From assembly GCA_964057225.1 (NCBI GenBank), contig OZ059894.1:12152001-12216000 (forward strand): 64,000 nucleotides of DNA, written 5' to 3'. Origin of the DNA: Auanema rhodensis. Lineage: Eukaryota; Animalia; Nematoda. The position numbers and the translations under genes were made by a program. How positions within the stretch are numbered: the first letter of the stretch is position 1; each line of letters opens with the position of its first letter. Shown one piece after another: positions 11,048-22,790 of the stretch. Under the pieces are notes generated by a model. That model saw nothing but the letters and a program-made list of their open reading frames with translations. It was not told the DNA's origin and ran no database searches.

Positions 11048-12226
11048 ACAGTAAAAAGTCCAATCAAGAGAGAAATTTTTTCAACACATAGTTGTTTTTT
11101 TTTTAAATATCATTGTTTTTCCTCATAACTCGGTTTAAACTCGTTCTAACCCGTTGAAATACGTCTAGAAAGTCTTTATAACATGCATATGTATGATAGA
11201 ACTTCATATTTATTGTAATAGAAAATTTTATTTTCAGACGTCTTGGTTAACAATGATATGTTTTACCCCCTTATAATTTTTATCATAATGTTCCTTATAC
11301 GGAACGCTCAATGAAACTTGCTTCCAGAAAAATTTCTTTCTATTTTTTCTTCATATGTACGTAGATACTATAGAGAACTATGATAGAAAACTTTAACATT
11401 CACGAAATCATCATTTCTCATTACGCTACGGAGGTTTAAAAAGCTGTGTTTTACCTTATAATAGACCGGAAAACCCTTGTGTTAAAACTGGACCGTTTTT
11501 ACACATATAAAAATGTCCCGTATTCGGGACCCTAATGTAACTTTTGATTCCCTATATTTTTTTTCATGAAATTTACAATCTACTGTAGAAAGAAGAATTA
11601 TTTTTATAAAAACTGTAAATTTTTGAAAAATGAAAACAAAACGAAAACAAAAACAACTTTTTTTTGAACATTTTCTCACACAAGGGTCCCCCCTTACCTA
11701 CTTTTTTTCTCATTACTCGTTTCAACCTCATCCGATCACTCTGCAAACATGTTTAATCGTTCTAACTTGTTGAAATACGTCTTAAAAGTCTAAACAACAT
11801 GCATATGCATAATAGAAACCACCCGAATAGGCCCCCACGCACTAAACGAGATATATACATTACCAGTATAGTAATAGAACACATATTGAAGATTAATTCG
11901 ATAAGAACAATTTATTGACGTAGAGAATGTTTGTTCCGAAAAACTACAATATTAAACTATAAAAGTAACAAAAGCGTAGAGGCAGCAAAGACATGAATAA
12001 ACATAAATGTAAATACAGAATTACCAGGTAGTACATAAGTATGACAAAAAATTATAAGAAAGCCATGAAAATAGAAGGTTTGTGAACAAATGAGAGGTAC
12101 ATCTTTGATCGTATAGTCATTTCTAAACCGTTCGTATGCTGCAGCATCGTCATAAGCGTCACTCAAGTTGAATTTCCATGTGTACTACACGATTTTCATT
12201 CTTATTGTTACATTCTTTCCCTGAGG

Positions 12227-12413
12227 GAATGGGCCGTTCCCGCCAGCAGTGCAAGAGCGGGTCGACCCGTGAGGTGGAGCTAGCAAGCCAGCATCTACCT
12301 CAAGTCTCAAAAATCGGTTAACCTTATTGTGAACCAATGGAACACATATCGAAGGTTAATTCGATAAGAACGATTACTACACTTTGATCTTAGCCAAAAG
12401 GCCGAGAAGCGAT
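12227..12413 (-). ncRNA. U2: U2 snRNA
   Basis: Repeat copy. Confidence 0.95.
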
Positions 12414-12855
12414 ACAGCATAGCCATGAGTATCAAAGACATCAAGCAAATGTATCGTACTTGTTACGAGTGCACTCTCTCATTTGAATATAAAAGTGTGG
12501 TTTGACAATCTTGACTGTACAGGTCATAAATGGCTCATATAAACTGTGGATTTACTCAACTTTTGGACTTATTTTTTTCTTATTCGAAGCGCTGCACTTT
12601 TTTCTATTCTTTTTATTCAAATACTTGTATATAGTTTTATATGTACGGTTGCAAAGTTTCCGAATATTTTATATATTTTTATACAATAATTAGGAGAAGG
12701 TTAATACAATGAAATCTCCCAACTTTACAGTGTTTGTATTGCTTACAGTATCTAGAACAACCACTCTTGTAATATTAGAGCACATATCAATCAACAACTT
12801 TTTCTAGTTATCAAAGCTTTTTTATTTCTTCAAGATATTTCAAATAAAATATAAA

Positions 12856-12974
12856 AGCTTACGACACCCGGGATTCCCAAGCCGTCTCCGATCCAAGTAC
12901 TAACCGGGCCCAACGTTGCTTGACTTGCCAGATCGGACGGGATGGCGTACTTTCAACGTGGTATGGTCGTAAGC
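12856..12974 (-). rRNA. 5S: 5S rRNA
   Basis: Repeat copy. Confidence 0.96.
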
Positions 12975-13215
12975 AATGTTATATTCTTCATTATCAGTTA
13001 TATCACTCTAAATCTTGTTGTTAATAGTTAGGACCACAAAGAAAACAACAGGAACAGTAACAAATGAAATGCCCAAACTTTACAGTGTTCGAGTTATTTA
13101 CAGTATCTAAGACTACCTCTGTCGTGTTATTAGAGCAAACATTCGATTAACAACAACTTTTTTTTAGTTATCAAAGCTTTTTTATTTCTTCAAAAAATTT
13201 CAAATAAAATATAAA

Positions 13216-13334
13216 AGCTTACGACACCCGGGATTCCCAAGCCGTCTCCGATCCAAGTACTAACCGGGCCCAACGTTGCTTGACTTGCCAGATCGGACGG
13301 GATGGCGTACTTTCAACGTGGTATGGTCGTAAGC
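13216..13334 (-). rRNA. 5S: 5S rRNA
   Basis: Repeat copy. Confidence 0.96.
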
Positions 13335-14683
13335 AATGTCATATTCTTCATTATCAGTTATATCACTCTAAATCTTGTTGTTAATAGATACGACCACAAA
13401 GAAAACAACAGGAACAGTAACAATAACAAAAAAAATTTTTTTTTCACCTATGTGTCTAAAGGTTAGCCATGTATCCGTTTATATATATATATATATATAT
13501 ATCAACAGTAAAAAGTCCAATCAAGAGAGAAATTTTTTCAACACATAGTTGTTTTTTTTTTAAATATCATTGTTTTTCCTCATAACTCGGTTTAAACTCG
13601 TTCTAACCCGTTGAAATACGTCTAGAAAGTCTTTATAACATGCATATGTATGATAGAACTTCATATTTATTGTAATAGAAAATTTTATTTTCAGACGTCT
13701 TGGTTAACAATGATATGTTTTACCCCCTTATAATTTTTATCATAATGTTCCTTATACGGAACGCTCAATGAAACTTGCTTCCAGAAAAATTTCTTTCTAT
13801 TTTTTCTTCATATGTACGTAGATACTATAGAGAACTATGATAGAAAACTTTAACATTCACGAAATCATCATTTCTCATTACGCTACGGAGGTTTAAAAAG
13901 CTGTGTTTTACCTTATAATAGACCGGAAAACCCTTGTGTTAAAACTGGACCGTTTTTACACATATAAAAATGTCCCGTATTCGGGACCCTAATGTAACTT
14001 TTGATTCCCTATATTTTTTTTCATGAAATTTACAATCTACTGTAGAAAGAAGAATTATTTTTATAAAAACTGTAAATTTTTGAAAAATGAAAACAAAACG
14101 AAAACAAAAACAACTTTTTTTTGAACATTTTCTCACACAAGGGTCCCCCCTTACCTACTTTTTTTCTCATTACTCGTTTCAACCTCATCCGATCACTCTG
14201 CAAACATGTTTAATCGTTCTAACTTGTTGAAATACGTCTTAAAAGTCTAAACAACATGCATATGCATAATAGAAACCACCCGAATAGGCCCCCACGCACT
14301 AAACGAGATATATACATTACCAGTATAGTAATAGAACACATATTGAAGATTAATTCGATAAGAACAATTTATTGACGTAGAGAATGTTTGTTCCGAAAAA
14401 CTACAATATTAAACTATAAAAGTAACAAAAGCGTAGAGGCAGCAAAGACATGAATAAACATAAATGTAAATACAGAATTACCAGGTAGTACATAAGTATG
14501 ACAAAAAATTATAAGAAAGCCATGAAAATAGAAGGTTTGTGAACAAATGAGAGGTACATCTTTGATCGTATAGTCATTTCTAAACCGTTCGTATGCTGCA
14601 GCATCGTCATAAGCGTCACTCAAGTTGAATTTCCATGTGTACTACACGATTTTCATTCTTATTGTTACATTCTTTCCCTGAGG

Positions 14684-14833
14684 GAATGGGCCGTTCCCGC
14701 CAGCAGTGCAAGAGCGGGTCGACCCGTGAGGTGGAGCTAGCAAGCCAGCATCTACCTCAAGTCTCAAAAATCGGTTAACCTTATTGTGAACCAATGGAAC
14801 ACATATCGAAGGTTAATTCGATAAGAACGATTA
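14684..14833 (-). pseudogene. U2: 3' part (nt ~38-187) of the interrupted U2 gene
   Basis: Identical to the U2 unit up to the element 3' junction. Confidence 0.93.
14775..14833. repeat. Left copy of 59-bp direct repeat flanking the retrotransposon (right copy 18561-18619)
   Basis: ttaaccttat...gaacgatta is present identically on both sides. Confidence 0.95.
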
Positions 14834-17800
14834 ATGGTTTATTGAATAACTAATGTTATGAAACAATAAATAACCAATAAAAAAGAGCCCAGAATCGGGG
14901 AGACGGTATTACCAGTACAACTTAAAACAGCAAGTGATTAAAAAGTACAAAATAAAACACATTACCAACAGAGGCTAAAACGACTCAAGAGTCGGGGGAG
15001 TGGGTTAAAAAAAGTAATGAATAACAAAAAAAATGAATAATAAAGCAGAACAGTGAAAAGTAAATATCAAGTGCCGCTATGATCAAACAATTTGAGTGCC
15101 TACGGCAATGGTGTTAAAAATAAACAACAAAATACATGTACCAATGAAGGTCAGAAAGAGAGAAAGAAAAAAGACAAAAATAAGTAATACAAAAAGTAAA
15201 AAATATATTACAGTCAAATCACAAACAAGTCAATGGATAATTTCTTCTTCATACTGCCTTACACCAGAAACATGTTCCACGTAGATATTCCTGGCCCACT
15301 TGATGGTATCGGCGACGACGAGCTTCTCCATTAGCCGGTTGTAGTGGCTGCTGATCTTGAGTGATCGGAGGGCTTGTACGTTGAGCGGGTCCATAGTTCC
15401 AAGCATTCCTACGACATACGCTTCTACACTAGTCTTATAACCAAGACATTGGTATTGGCTGGCTATGTCAGCATATTTCCTCTCCTTTATCATACGCGCG
15501 GCTATCATGGCTTGTCGGCGGTTTTCATAGCTCACTGTAACATCAACGATACTACAGTGTTTTGCGTCATGATCGACCACTACTATGTCAGGTCGGAGTG
15601 TACTATTAATGCCAGGAAGAGGCTGGTTAGTGTAAACTTCTCCGTTTTTAGGCTCTGGCAGGGCTTTGATAAGACGGTCCACGATGTTGTTGTGGCGGAG
15701 TTGGATTGCTCTCGTGTGAAAGTGGCAGTGTCCAAGAACATGTGCAGCAGTTTCGTTGGGGTAACTACACCTGCGGCACTGTTTGTTTCCTTCTCCGTGT
15801 CTTCTACAGCCATTGAGCTGGAGAGTATTAAGTCGAGCCTTGTGGATGAATCGCCAATCAGCAAACCGTATGAAATCTCCCTTCGCCATAAAGTGATTGG
15901 ACGCTTTGTTGAGCATTGTGACATCAAAGACTTTCCCTTGATCCGGTTTTTGAAGAAGGATCCGAAGGTCTTTCAGCCATAATGCACGTCGCAGGCTTCT
16001 GTGGCATAGTGAAGGTGTTAACAGTTGGTTGTTTAGATTGAGTTCTAAACCACTTTCGAGGCATGTCCAGTTAGCGTTGATGAGTTTCTTGAGTTGACGC
16101 ATCGCTACTCTTACTCTAGTCCAGATGGAGGAAACATCAGATGTTTCGGTGTCGAAAATGCCATCAACGGAACCGTTGTAATATGCAGCTGTCTCATCGT
16201 TACTGGCTTGACGTTTAATCCTTTTTGATGCTACTTTTATTGAGTCTTGATGCGCAATATCAGCTACTACAAGATCAGATGACTTCAAAAGTTGGTAGGC
16301 ATGAGTGACTTCACAGACGTCTGACAGGTGTTGGAGTCGAGAGAGACCAAGTCCGCCGTAGTTGGTTGGCAGGTAGATTGGTTCAGCACTGGCGTTTGGA
16401 GGATAGTGCATCCATCTACGGGCACAGCGTTTGAGTTCTTTGTCAAAGGCGACTAGTTTACTCTTTGGGACGTGGCCATTCGTCATATGAAAATTAAGGC
16501 AGGGCATCAGGAAGGTGCGTACTGCGTCAGCTTTCTGCCATTCAGCCAGTAAGGATTTGTCAATTTTTTCCAAGTGTTGACTCATGATATTCACTGTTGG
16601 AACCGCAGACTTATGTAAATGCATTCCAGTAGGGATTCCCAGGTGGGAGTAGCTGTCAAATTTGCTGAGAGCGGGTAGAAAGCAGCTCTGAAGCATGTAT
16701 GAGGCTGTTGATATTTTCCCTTTGTCGATCGTCAAAGTGGCGCATTTCGCTGGTTTGAAGGTCAAGCCTGTGAAATTAGCCGCATTTGATGCTGCGTCCA
16801 ACATTTTCTGTAGATCTTCTGATGATGAGGAGACCAGGGCAAGGTCATCGGCGTACGCTAGCACAGCGATGTTGTGATTGTGTAGCTTATAGCCTGTAGA
16901 GGTTTCCAAGATGGTTTTAATTAGAGGTTCAATGGCAAGGTTGAACAGGATCGGAGATAGTGGGGATCCTTGTAACACACCTGCGTGAACTGGAATGGTC
17001 GAAGTGAGTCCGGAGCCTGTCTGGATTCTTGTAGAGGCATCTGTGTATAGAGCTCGTACTCGGGATATTGAGGCTTCAGCCATTCCTGACCATCTTAGAA
17101 CGTCTAGCAGAGTTTCGTGTGGCAGCGATCCAAAAGCGTTTGCGAGATCAAGCCAAGCAATTGCAATTTTCTCACGTTTACGTTTAGCGTCTGCAATGGT
17201 ACTTTGCAACAAAAAGTTGTGTTCCATGCATCCAGCTTTGGCCACAAAGCCCTTTTGGGAGGGAGAAAGTCTTTTTTCTGCTCTTGCCCATGTTAGCAGT
17301 CGATGCGTAAGACAAGCTGAGTACGTCTTACCAATTGTGCACGAAAGTGCTATTGGTCGCCAGTTGTTAATGTCAGCTTTATCACCTTTCTTATGGATGA
17401 GGACGGTGGTCGACTCTTTCCAGGAAAAAGGGATGTGTCCTAGCTTGTGTACGGTGTTAAATATCGCTGCTAATATGTGACCTCCTTGGTCAAATTTCTT
17501 CCAGTGCGAGTATCGAAGTCCATCAGCTCCTGGAGCCGTATCGCTGCAACGTCGTATGCGTTCCCAGACTTCCAAAGGGGTGAAAACACCTTCTAATGGG
17601 TCGGTACTAGTTGGCAAATCCGGTCTGGTGACTGTGATGGGGAGGGCTGGGCCTTGACTGCTGTGAACAGAAAGGAAGTGTTTTTCAACATCTGCAGATG
17701 GTATGGTGCAGGTTTCACTTTGTTCTCCGAGCAGTTGTCGAAAGGCTTTCTTCTTGTTGGCCCTCCAAAGCTTCTGGATCTTCATCGCCTGGGTTTTTTG

Positions 17801-18560
17801 GTCTTCCTCAGGTTGTGTGTGTGGTCGGCGCCTTTGTCGGAAGTTGGGAACTTTGATCATAATGTCAAGAGACTTTCTGATTGTGTCTACCAACTCTTCC
17901 AGGACCTGCTCGAGCTCACTTTTGCATACTACCTTTTTAATTCTATCCACCCAAATATTTTCAGAGTTTCTATTCGGATCAGGGTCGGCAAAAGATGGTT
18001 CTGTACTCGGAACCCTGATCTCGTTGAATATTACACTCTCTCGCGGAAGGGGGGAAACTTCGGCCTCTGGGGACAAGTCCAGAATTGGGGCCTCAAACAA
18101 GCGTACCGTTGATGGAGATCCTTGTTCCTGTCCACTGGATGATGTTTCCTCCATTGTACGCTCCTCCACGGGCGGGGTGGTCGTCCTTGTGCCTGGTGGG
18201 CGGGTGTTCCTGATCCTCCGCAATATAGGGCGGGAACTGGGCTCTCTCGGAGATAGAGGTGAGATCACCACAGTTTCCTCTATGATGCGGAGGCATCCTT
18301 CAGCTTTTTTCTGATGGCTTTTAACGGCCTTCAGATTGCTGGTGAGGCCACAGGCACGGCACTCAAATTCTACTCCGACCTCATGTTCTCTCCGAAGATG
18401 GCGGACGAGACCATTGTGGTCTGAGTAGGATCGCGGAATAGGAGCGCAGATTGAACAAGAAAAAGGGCTCTGAAGAGGCACCTTTAGCTTGTAAAGCCCT
18501 TGCTCCATCTCTAGCAGATCTAAAGACTTACGTAGTACAGTTGCAATATCGATTTAGCCA
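14834..18560 (-). mobile_element. U2-snRNA-specific non-LTR retrotransposon (RLE type, Utopia-like), apparently intact
   Basis: Unique, more GC-rich segment inserted in U2 immediately after GTGTAGTA, same orientation as U2; single RT+RLE ORF; ~400-nt 3' UTR ending AATAAACCAT; 3' junction ambiguous over 14832-14834. Confidence 0.95.
15230..18508 (-). CDS. Retrotransposon protein (1092 aa): N-terminal zinc fingers, reverse transcriptase, CCHC knuckle, restriction-like endonuclease
   Basis: CSIC..HLRREH and CRAC..H zinc fingers; RT motifs APGADG, NWRPIAL, QKGF, WLDLANAFGSLPH, GVLQGSPLSP, YADD (16844-16855); CRRC..ETAAHVLGHC; RHN, RPDIVV, DVTV, KERKY; no stops or frameshifts. Confidence 0.97.
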   Translation of the reverse strand: MEQGLYKLKVPLQSPFSCSICAPIPRSYSDHNGLVRHLRREHEVGVEFECRACGLTSNLKAVKSHQKKAEGCLRIIEETVVISPLSPREPSSRPILRRIRNTRPPGTRTTTPPVEERTMEETSSSGQEQGSPSTVRLFEAPILDLSPEAEVSPLPRESVIFNEIRVPSTEPSFADPDPNRNSENIWVDRIKKVVCKSELEQVLEELVDTIRKSLDIMIKVPNFRQRRRPHTQPEEDQKTQAMKIQKLWRANKKKAFRQLLGEQSETCTIPSADVEKHFLSVHSSQGPALPITVTRPDLPTSTDPLEGVFTPLEVWERIRRCSDTAPGADGLRYSHWKKFDQGGHILAAIFNTVHKLGHIPFSWKESTTVLIHKKGDKADINNWRPIALSCTIGKTYSACLTHRLLTWARAEKRLSPSQKGFVAKAGCMEHNFLLQSTIADAKRKREKIAIAWLDLANAFGSLPHETLLDVLRWSGMAEASISRVRALYTDASTRIQTGSGLTSTIPVHAGVLQGSPLSPILFNLAIEPLIKTILETSTGYKLHNHNIAVLAYADDLALVSSSSEDLQKMLDAASNAANFTGLTFKPAKCATLTIDKGKISTASYMLQSCFLPALSKFDSYSHLGIPTGMHLHKSAVPTVNIMSQHLEKIDKSLLAEWQKADAVRTFLMPCLNFHMTNGHVPKSKLVAFDKELKRCARRWMHYPPNASAEPIYLPTNYGGLGLSRLQHLSDVCEVTHAYQLLKSSDLVVADIAHQDSIKVASKRIKRQASNDETAAYYNGSVDGIFDTETSDVSSIWTRVRVAMRQLKKLINANWTCLESGLELNLNNQLLTPSLCHRSLRRALWLKDLRILLQKPDQGKVFDVTMLNKASNHFMAKGDFIRFADWRFIHKARLNTLQLNGCRRHGEGNKQCRRCSYPNETAAHVLGHCHFHTRAIQLRHNNIVDRLIKALPEPKNGEVYTNQPLPGINSTLRPDIVVVDHDAKHCSIVDVTVSYENRRQAMIAARMIKERKYADIASQYQCLGYKTSVEAYVVGMLGTMDPLNVQALRSLKISSHYNRLMEKLVVADTIKWARNIYVEHVSGVRQYEEEIIH

Positions 18561-18656
18561 TTAACCTTATTGTGAACCAATGGAACACATATCGAAGGTT
18601 AATTCGATAAGAACGATTACTACACTTTGATCTTAGCCAAAAGGCCGAGAAGCGAT
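18561..18656 (-). pseudogene. U2: 5' part (nt 1-96) of the interrupted U2 gene, fused to the element 5' end
   Basis: ATCGCTTCTCGG...AAGGTTAA followed by element sequence TGGCTAAATCG. Confidence 0.93.
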
Positions 18657-20118
18657 ACAGCATAGCCATGAGTATCAAAGACATCAAGCAAATGTATCGT
18701 ACTTGTTACGAGTGCACTCTCTCATTTGAATATAAAAGTGTGGTTTGACAATCTTGACTGTACAGGTCATAAATGGCTCATATAAACTGTGGATTTACTC
18801 AACTTTTGGACTTATTTTTTTCTTATTCGAAGCGCTGCACTTTTTTCTATTCTTTTTATTCAAATACTTGTATATAGTTTTATATGTACGGTTGCAAAGT
18901 TTCCGAATATTTTATATATTTTTATACAATAATTAGGAGAAGGTTAATACAATGAAATCTCCCAACTTTACAGTGTTTGTATTGCTTACAGTATCTAGAA
19001 CAACCACTTTTTCCTCATAACTCGGTTTAAACTCGTTCTAACCCGTTGAAATACGTCTAGAAAGTCTTTATAACATGCATATGTATGATAGAACTTCATA
19101 TTTATTGTAATAGAAAATTTTATTTTCAGACGTCTTGGTTAACAATGATATGTTTTACCCCCTTATAATTTTTATCATAATGTTCCTTATACGGAACGCT
19201 CAATGAAACTTGCTTCCAGAAAAATTTCTTTCTATTTTTTCTTCATATGTACGTAGATACTATAGAGAACTATGATAGAAAACTTTAACATTCACGAAAT
19301 CATCATTTCTCATTACGCTACGGAGGTTTAAAAAGCTGTGTTTTACCTTATAATAGACCGGAAAACCCTTGTGTTAAAACTGGACCGTTTTTACACATAT
19401 AAAAATGTCCCGTATTCGGGACCCTAATGTAACTTTTGATTCCCTATATTTTTTTTCATGAAATTTACAATCTACTGTAGAAAGAAGAATTATTTTTATA
19501 AAAACTGTAAATTTTTGAAAAATGAAAACAAAACGAAAACAAAAACAACTTTTTTTTGAACATTTTCTCACACAAGGGTCCCCCCTTACCTACTTTTTTT
19601 CTCATTACTCGTTTCAACCTCATCCGATCACTCTGCAAACATGTTTAATCGTTCTAACTTGTTGAAATACGTCTTAAAAGTCTAAACAACATGCATATGC
19701 ATAATAGAAACCACCCGAATAGGCCCCCACGCACTAAACGAGATATATACATTACCAGTATAGTAATAGAACACATATTGAAGATTAATTCGATAAGAAC
19801 AATTTATTGACGTAGAGAATGTTTGTTCCGAAAAACTACAATATTAAACTATAAAAGTAACAAAAGCGTAGAGGCAGCAAAGACATGAATAAACATAAAT
19901 GTAAATACAGAATTACCAGGTAGTACATAAGTATGACAAAAAATTATAAGAAAGCCATGAAAATAGAAGGTTTGTGAACAAATGAGAGGTACATCTTTGA
20001 TCGTATAGTCATTTCTAAACCGTTCGTATGCTGCAGCATCGTCATAAGCGTCACTCAAGTTGAATTTCCATGTGTACTACACGATTTTCATTCTTATTGT
20101 TACATTCTTTCCCTGAGG

Positions 20119-20305
20119 GAATGGGCCGTTCCCGCCAGCAGTGCAAGAGCGGGTCGACCCGTGAGGTGGAGCTAGCAAGCCAGCATCTACCTCAAGTCTC
20201 AAAAATCGGTTAACCTTATTGTGAACCAATGGAACACATATCGAAGGTTAATTCGATAAGAACGATTACTACACTTTGATCTTAGCCAAAAGGCCGAGAA
20301 GCGAT
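20119..20305 (-). ncRNA. U2: U2 snRNA
   Basis: Repeat copy. Confidence 0.95.
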
Positions 20306-20747
20306 ACAGCATAGCCATGAGTATCAAAGACATCAAGCAAATGTATCGTACTTGTTACGAGTGCACTCTCTCATTTGAATATAAAAGTGTGGTTTGACAA
20401 TCTTGACTGTACAGGTCATAAATGGCTCATATAAACTGTGGATTTACTCAACTTTTGGACTTATTTTTTTCTTATTCGAAGCGCTGCACTTTTTTCTATT
20501 CTTTTTATTCAAATACTTGTATATAGTTTTATATGTACGGTTGCAAAGTTTCCGAATATTTTATATATTTTTATACAATAATTAGGAGAAGGTTAATACA
20601 ATGAAATCTCCCAACTTTACAGTGTTTGTATTGCTTACAGTATCTAGAACAACCACTCTTGTAATATTAGAGCACATATCAATCAACAACTTTTTCTAGT
20701 TATCAAAGCTTTTTTATTTCTTCAAGATATTTCAAATAAAATATAAA

Positions 20748-20866
20748 AGCTTACGACACCCGGGATTCCCAAGCCGTCTCCGATCCAAGTACTAACCGGG
20801 CCCAACGTTGCTTGACTTGCCAGATCGGACGGGATGGCGTACTTTCAACGTGGTATGGTCGTAAGC
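20748..20866 (-). rRNA. 5S: 5S rRNA
   Basis: Repeat copy. Confidence 0.96.
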
Positions 20867-21107
20867 AATGTTATATTCTTCATTATCAGTTATATCACTC
20901 TAAATCTTGTTGTTAATAGTTAGGACCACAAAGAAAACAACAGGAACAGTAACAAATGAAATGCCCAAACTTTACAGTGTTCGAGTTATTTACAGTATCT
21001 AAGACTACCTCTGTCGTGTTATTAGAGCAAACATTCGATTAACAACAACTTTTTTTTAGTTATCAAAGCTTTTTTATTTCTTCAAAAAATTTCAAATAAA
21101 ATATAAA

Positions 21108-21226
21108 AGCTTACGACACCCGGGATTCCCAAGCCGTCTCCGATCCAAGTACTAACCGGGCCCAACGTTGCTTGACTTGCCAGATCGGACGGGATGGCGT
21201 ACTTTCAACGTGGTATGGTCGTAAGC
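21108..21226 (-). rRNA. 5S: 5S rRNA
   Basis: Repeat copy. Confidence 0.96.
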
Positions 21227-21368
21227 AATGTCATATTCTTCATTATCAGTTATATCACTCTAAATCTTGTTGTTAATAGATACGACCACAAAGAAAACAA
21301 CAGGAACAGTAACAATAACAAAAAAAATTTTTTTTTCACCTATGTGTCTAAAGGTTAGCCATGTATCC

Positions 21369-21424
<56 letters not shown>

Positions 21425-22603
21425 ACAGTAAAAAGTCCAATCAAGAGAGAAATTTTTTCAACACATAGTTGTTTTTTTTTAAAATATCATTGTTTTTCCT
21501 CATAACTCGGTTTAAACTCGTTCTAACCCGTTGAAATACGTCTAGAAAGTCTTTATAACATGCATATGTATGATAGAACTTCATATTTATTGTAATAGAA
21601 AATTTTATTTTCAGACGTCTTGGTTAACAATGATATGTTTTACCCCCTTATAATTTTTATCATAATGTTCCTTATACGGAACGCTCAATGAAACTTGCTT
21701 CCAGAAAAATTTCTTTCTATTTTTTCTTCATATGTACGTAGATACTATAGAGAACTATGATAGAAAACTTTAACATTCACGAAATCATCATTTCTCATTA
21801 CGCTACGGAGGTTTAAAAAGCTGTGTTTTACCTTATAATAGACCGGAAAACCCTTGTGTTAAAACTGGACCGTTTTTACACATATAAAAATGTCCCGTAT
21901 TCGGGACCCTAATGTAACTTTTGATTCCCTATATTTTTTTTCATGAAATTTACAATCTACTGTAGAAAGAAGAATTATTTTTATAAAAACTGTAAATTTT
22001 TGAAAAATGAAAACAAAACGAAAACAAAAACAACTTTTTTTTGAACATTTTCTCACACAAGGGTCCCCCCTTACCTACTTTTTTTCTCATTACTCGTTTC
22101 AACCTCATCCGATCACTCTGCAAACATGTTTAATCGTTCTAACTTGTTGAAATACGTCTTAAAAGTCTAAACAACATGCATATGCATAATAGAAACCACC
22201 CGAATAGGCCCCCACGCACTAAACGAGATATATACATTACCAGTATAGTAATAGAACACATATTGAAGATTAATTCGATAAGAACAATTTATTGACGTAG
22301 AGAATGTTTGTTCCGAAAAACTACAATATTAAACTATAAAAGTAACAAAAGCGTAGAGGCAGCAAAGACATGAATAAACATAAATGTAAATACAGAATTA
22401 CCAGGTAGTACATAAGTATGACAAAAAATTATAAGAAAGCCATGAAAATAGAAGGTTTGTGAACAAATGAGAGGTACATCTTTGATCGTATAGTCATTTC
22501 TAAACCGTTCGTATGCTGCAGCATCGTCATAAGCGTCACTCAAGTTGAATTTCCATGTGTACTACACGATTTTCATTCTTATTGTTACATTCTTTCCCTG
22601 AGG

Positions 22604-22790
22604 GAATGGGCCGTTCCCGCCAGCAGTGCAAGAGCGGGTCGACCCGTGAGGTGGAGCTAGCAAGCCAGCATCTACCTCAAGTCTCAAAAATCGGTTAACC
22701 TTATTGTGAACCAATGGAACACATATCGAAGGTTAATTCGATAAGAACGATTACTACACTTTGATCTTAGCCAAAAGGCCGAGAAGCGAT
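22604..22790 (-). ncRNA. U2: U2 snRNA
   Basis: Repeat copy. Confidence 0.95.

Noticed and set aside
15096-18314. Antisense and alternate-frame ORFs overlapping the retrotransposon
   Set aside because: Expected shadow ORFs of a long, more GC-rich CDS; no motifs.
14831-18564. ttaatgg / ccattaa inverted match across the two element junctions
   Set aside because: 7 bp, partly made of target sequence; the protein is an RT-RLE, not a transposase, so these are not TIRs.
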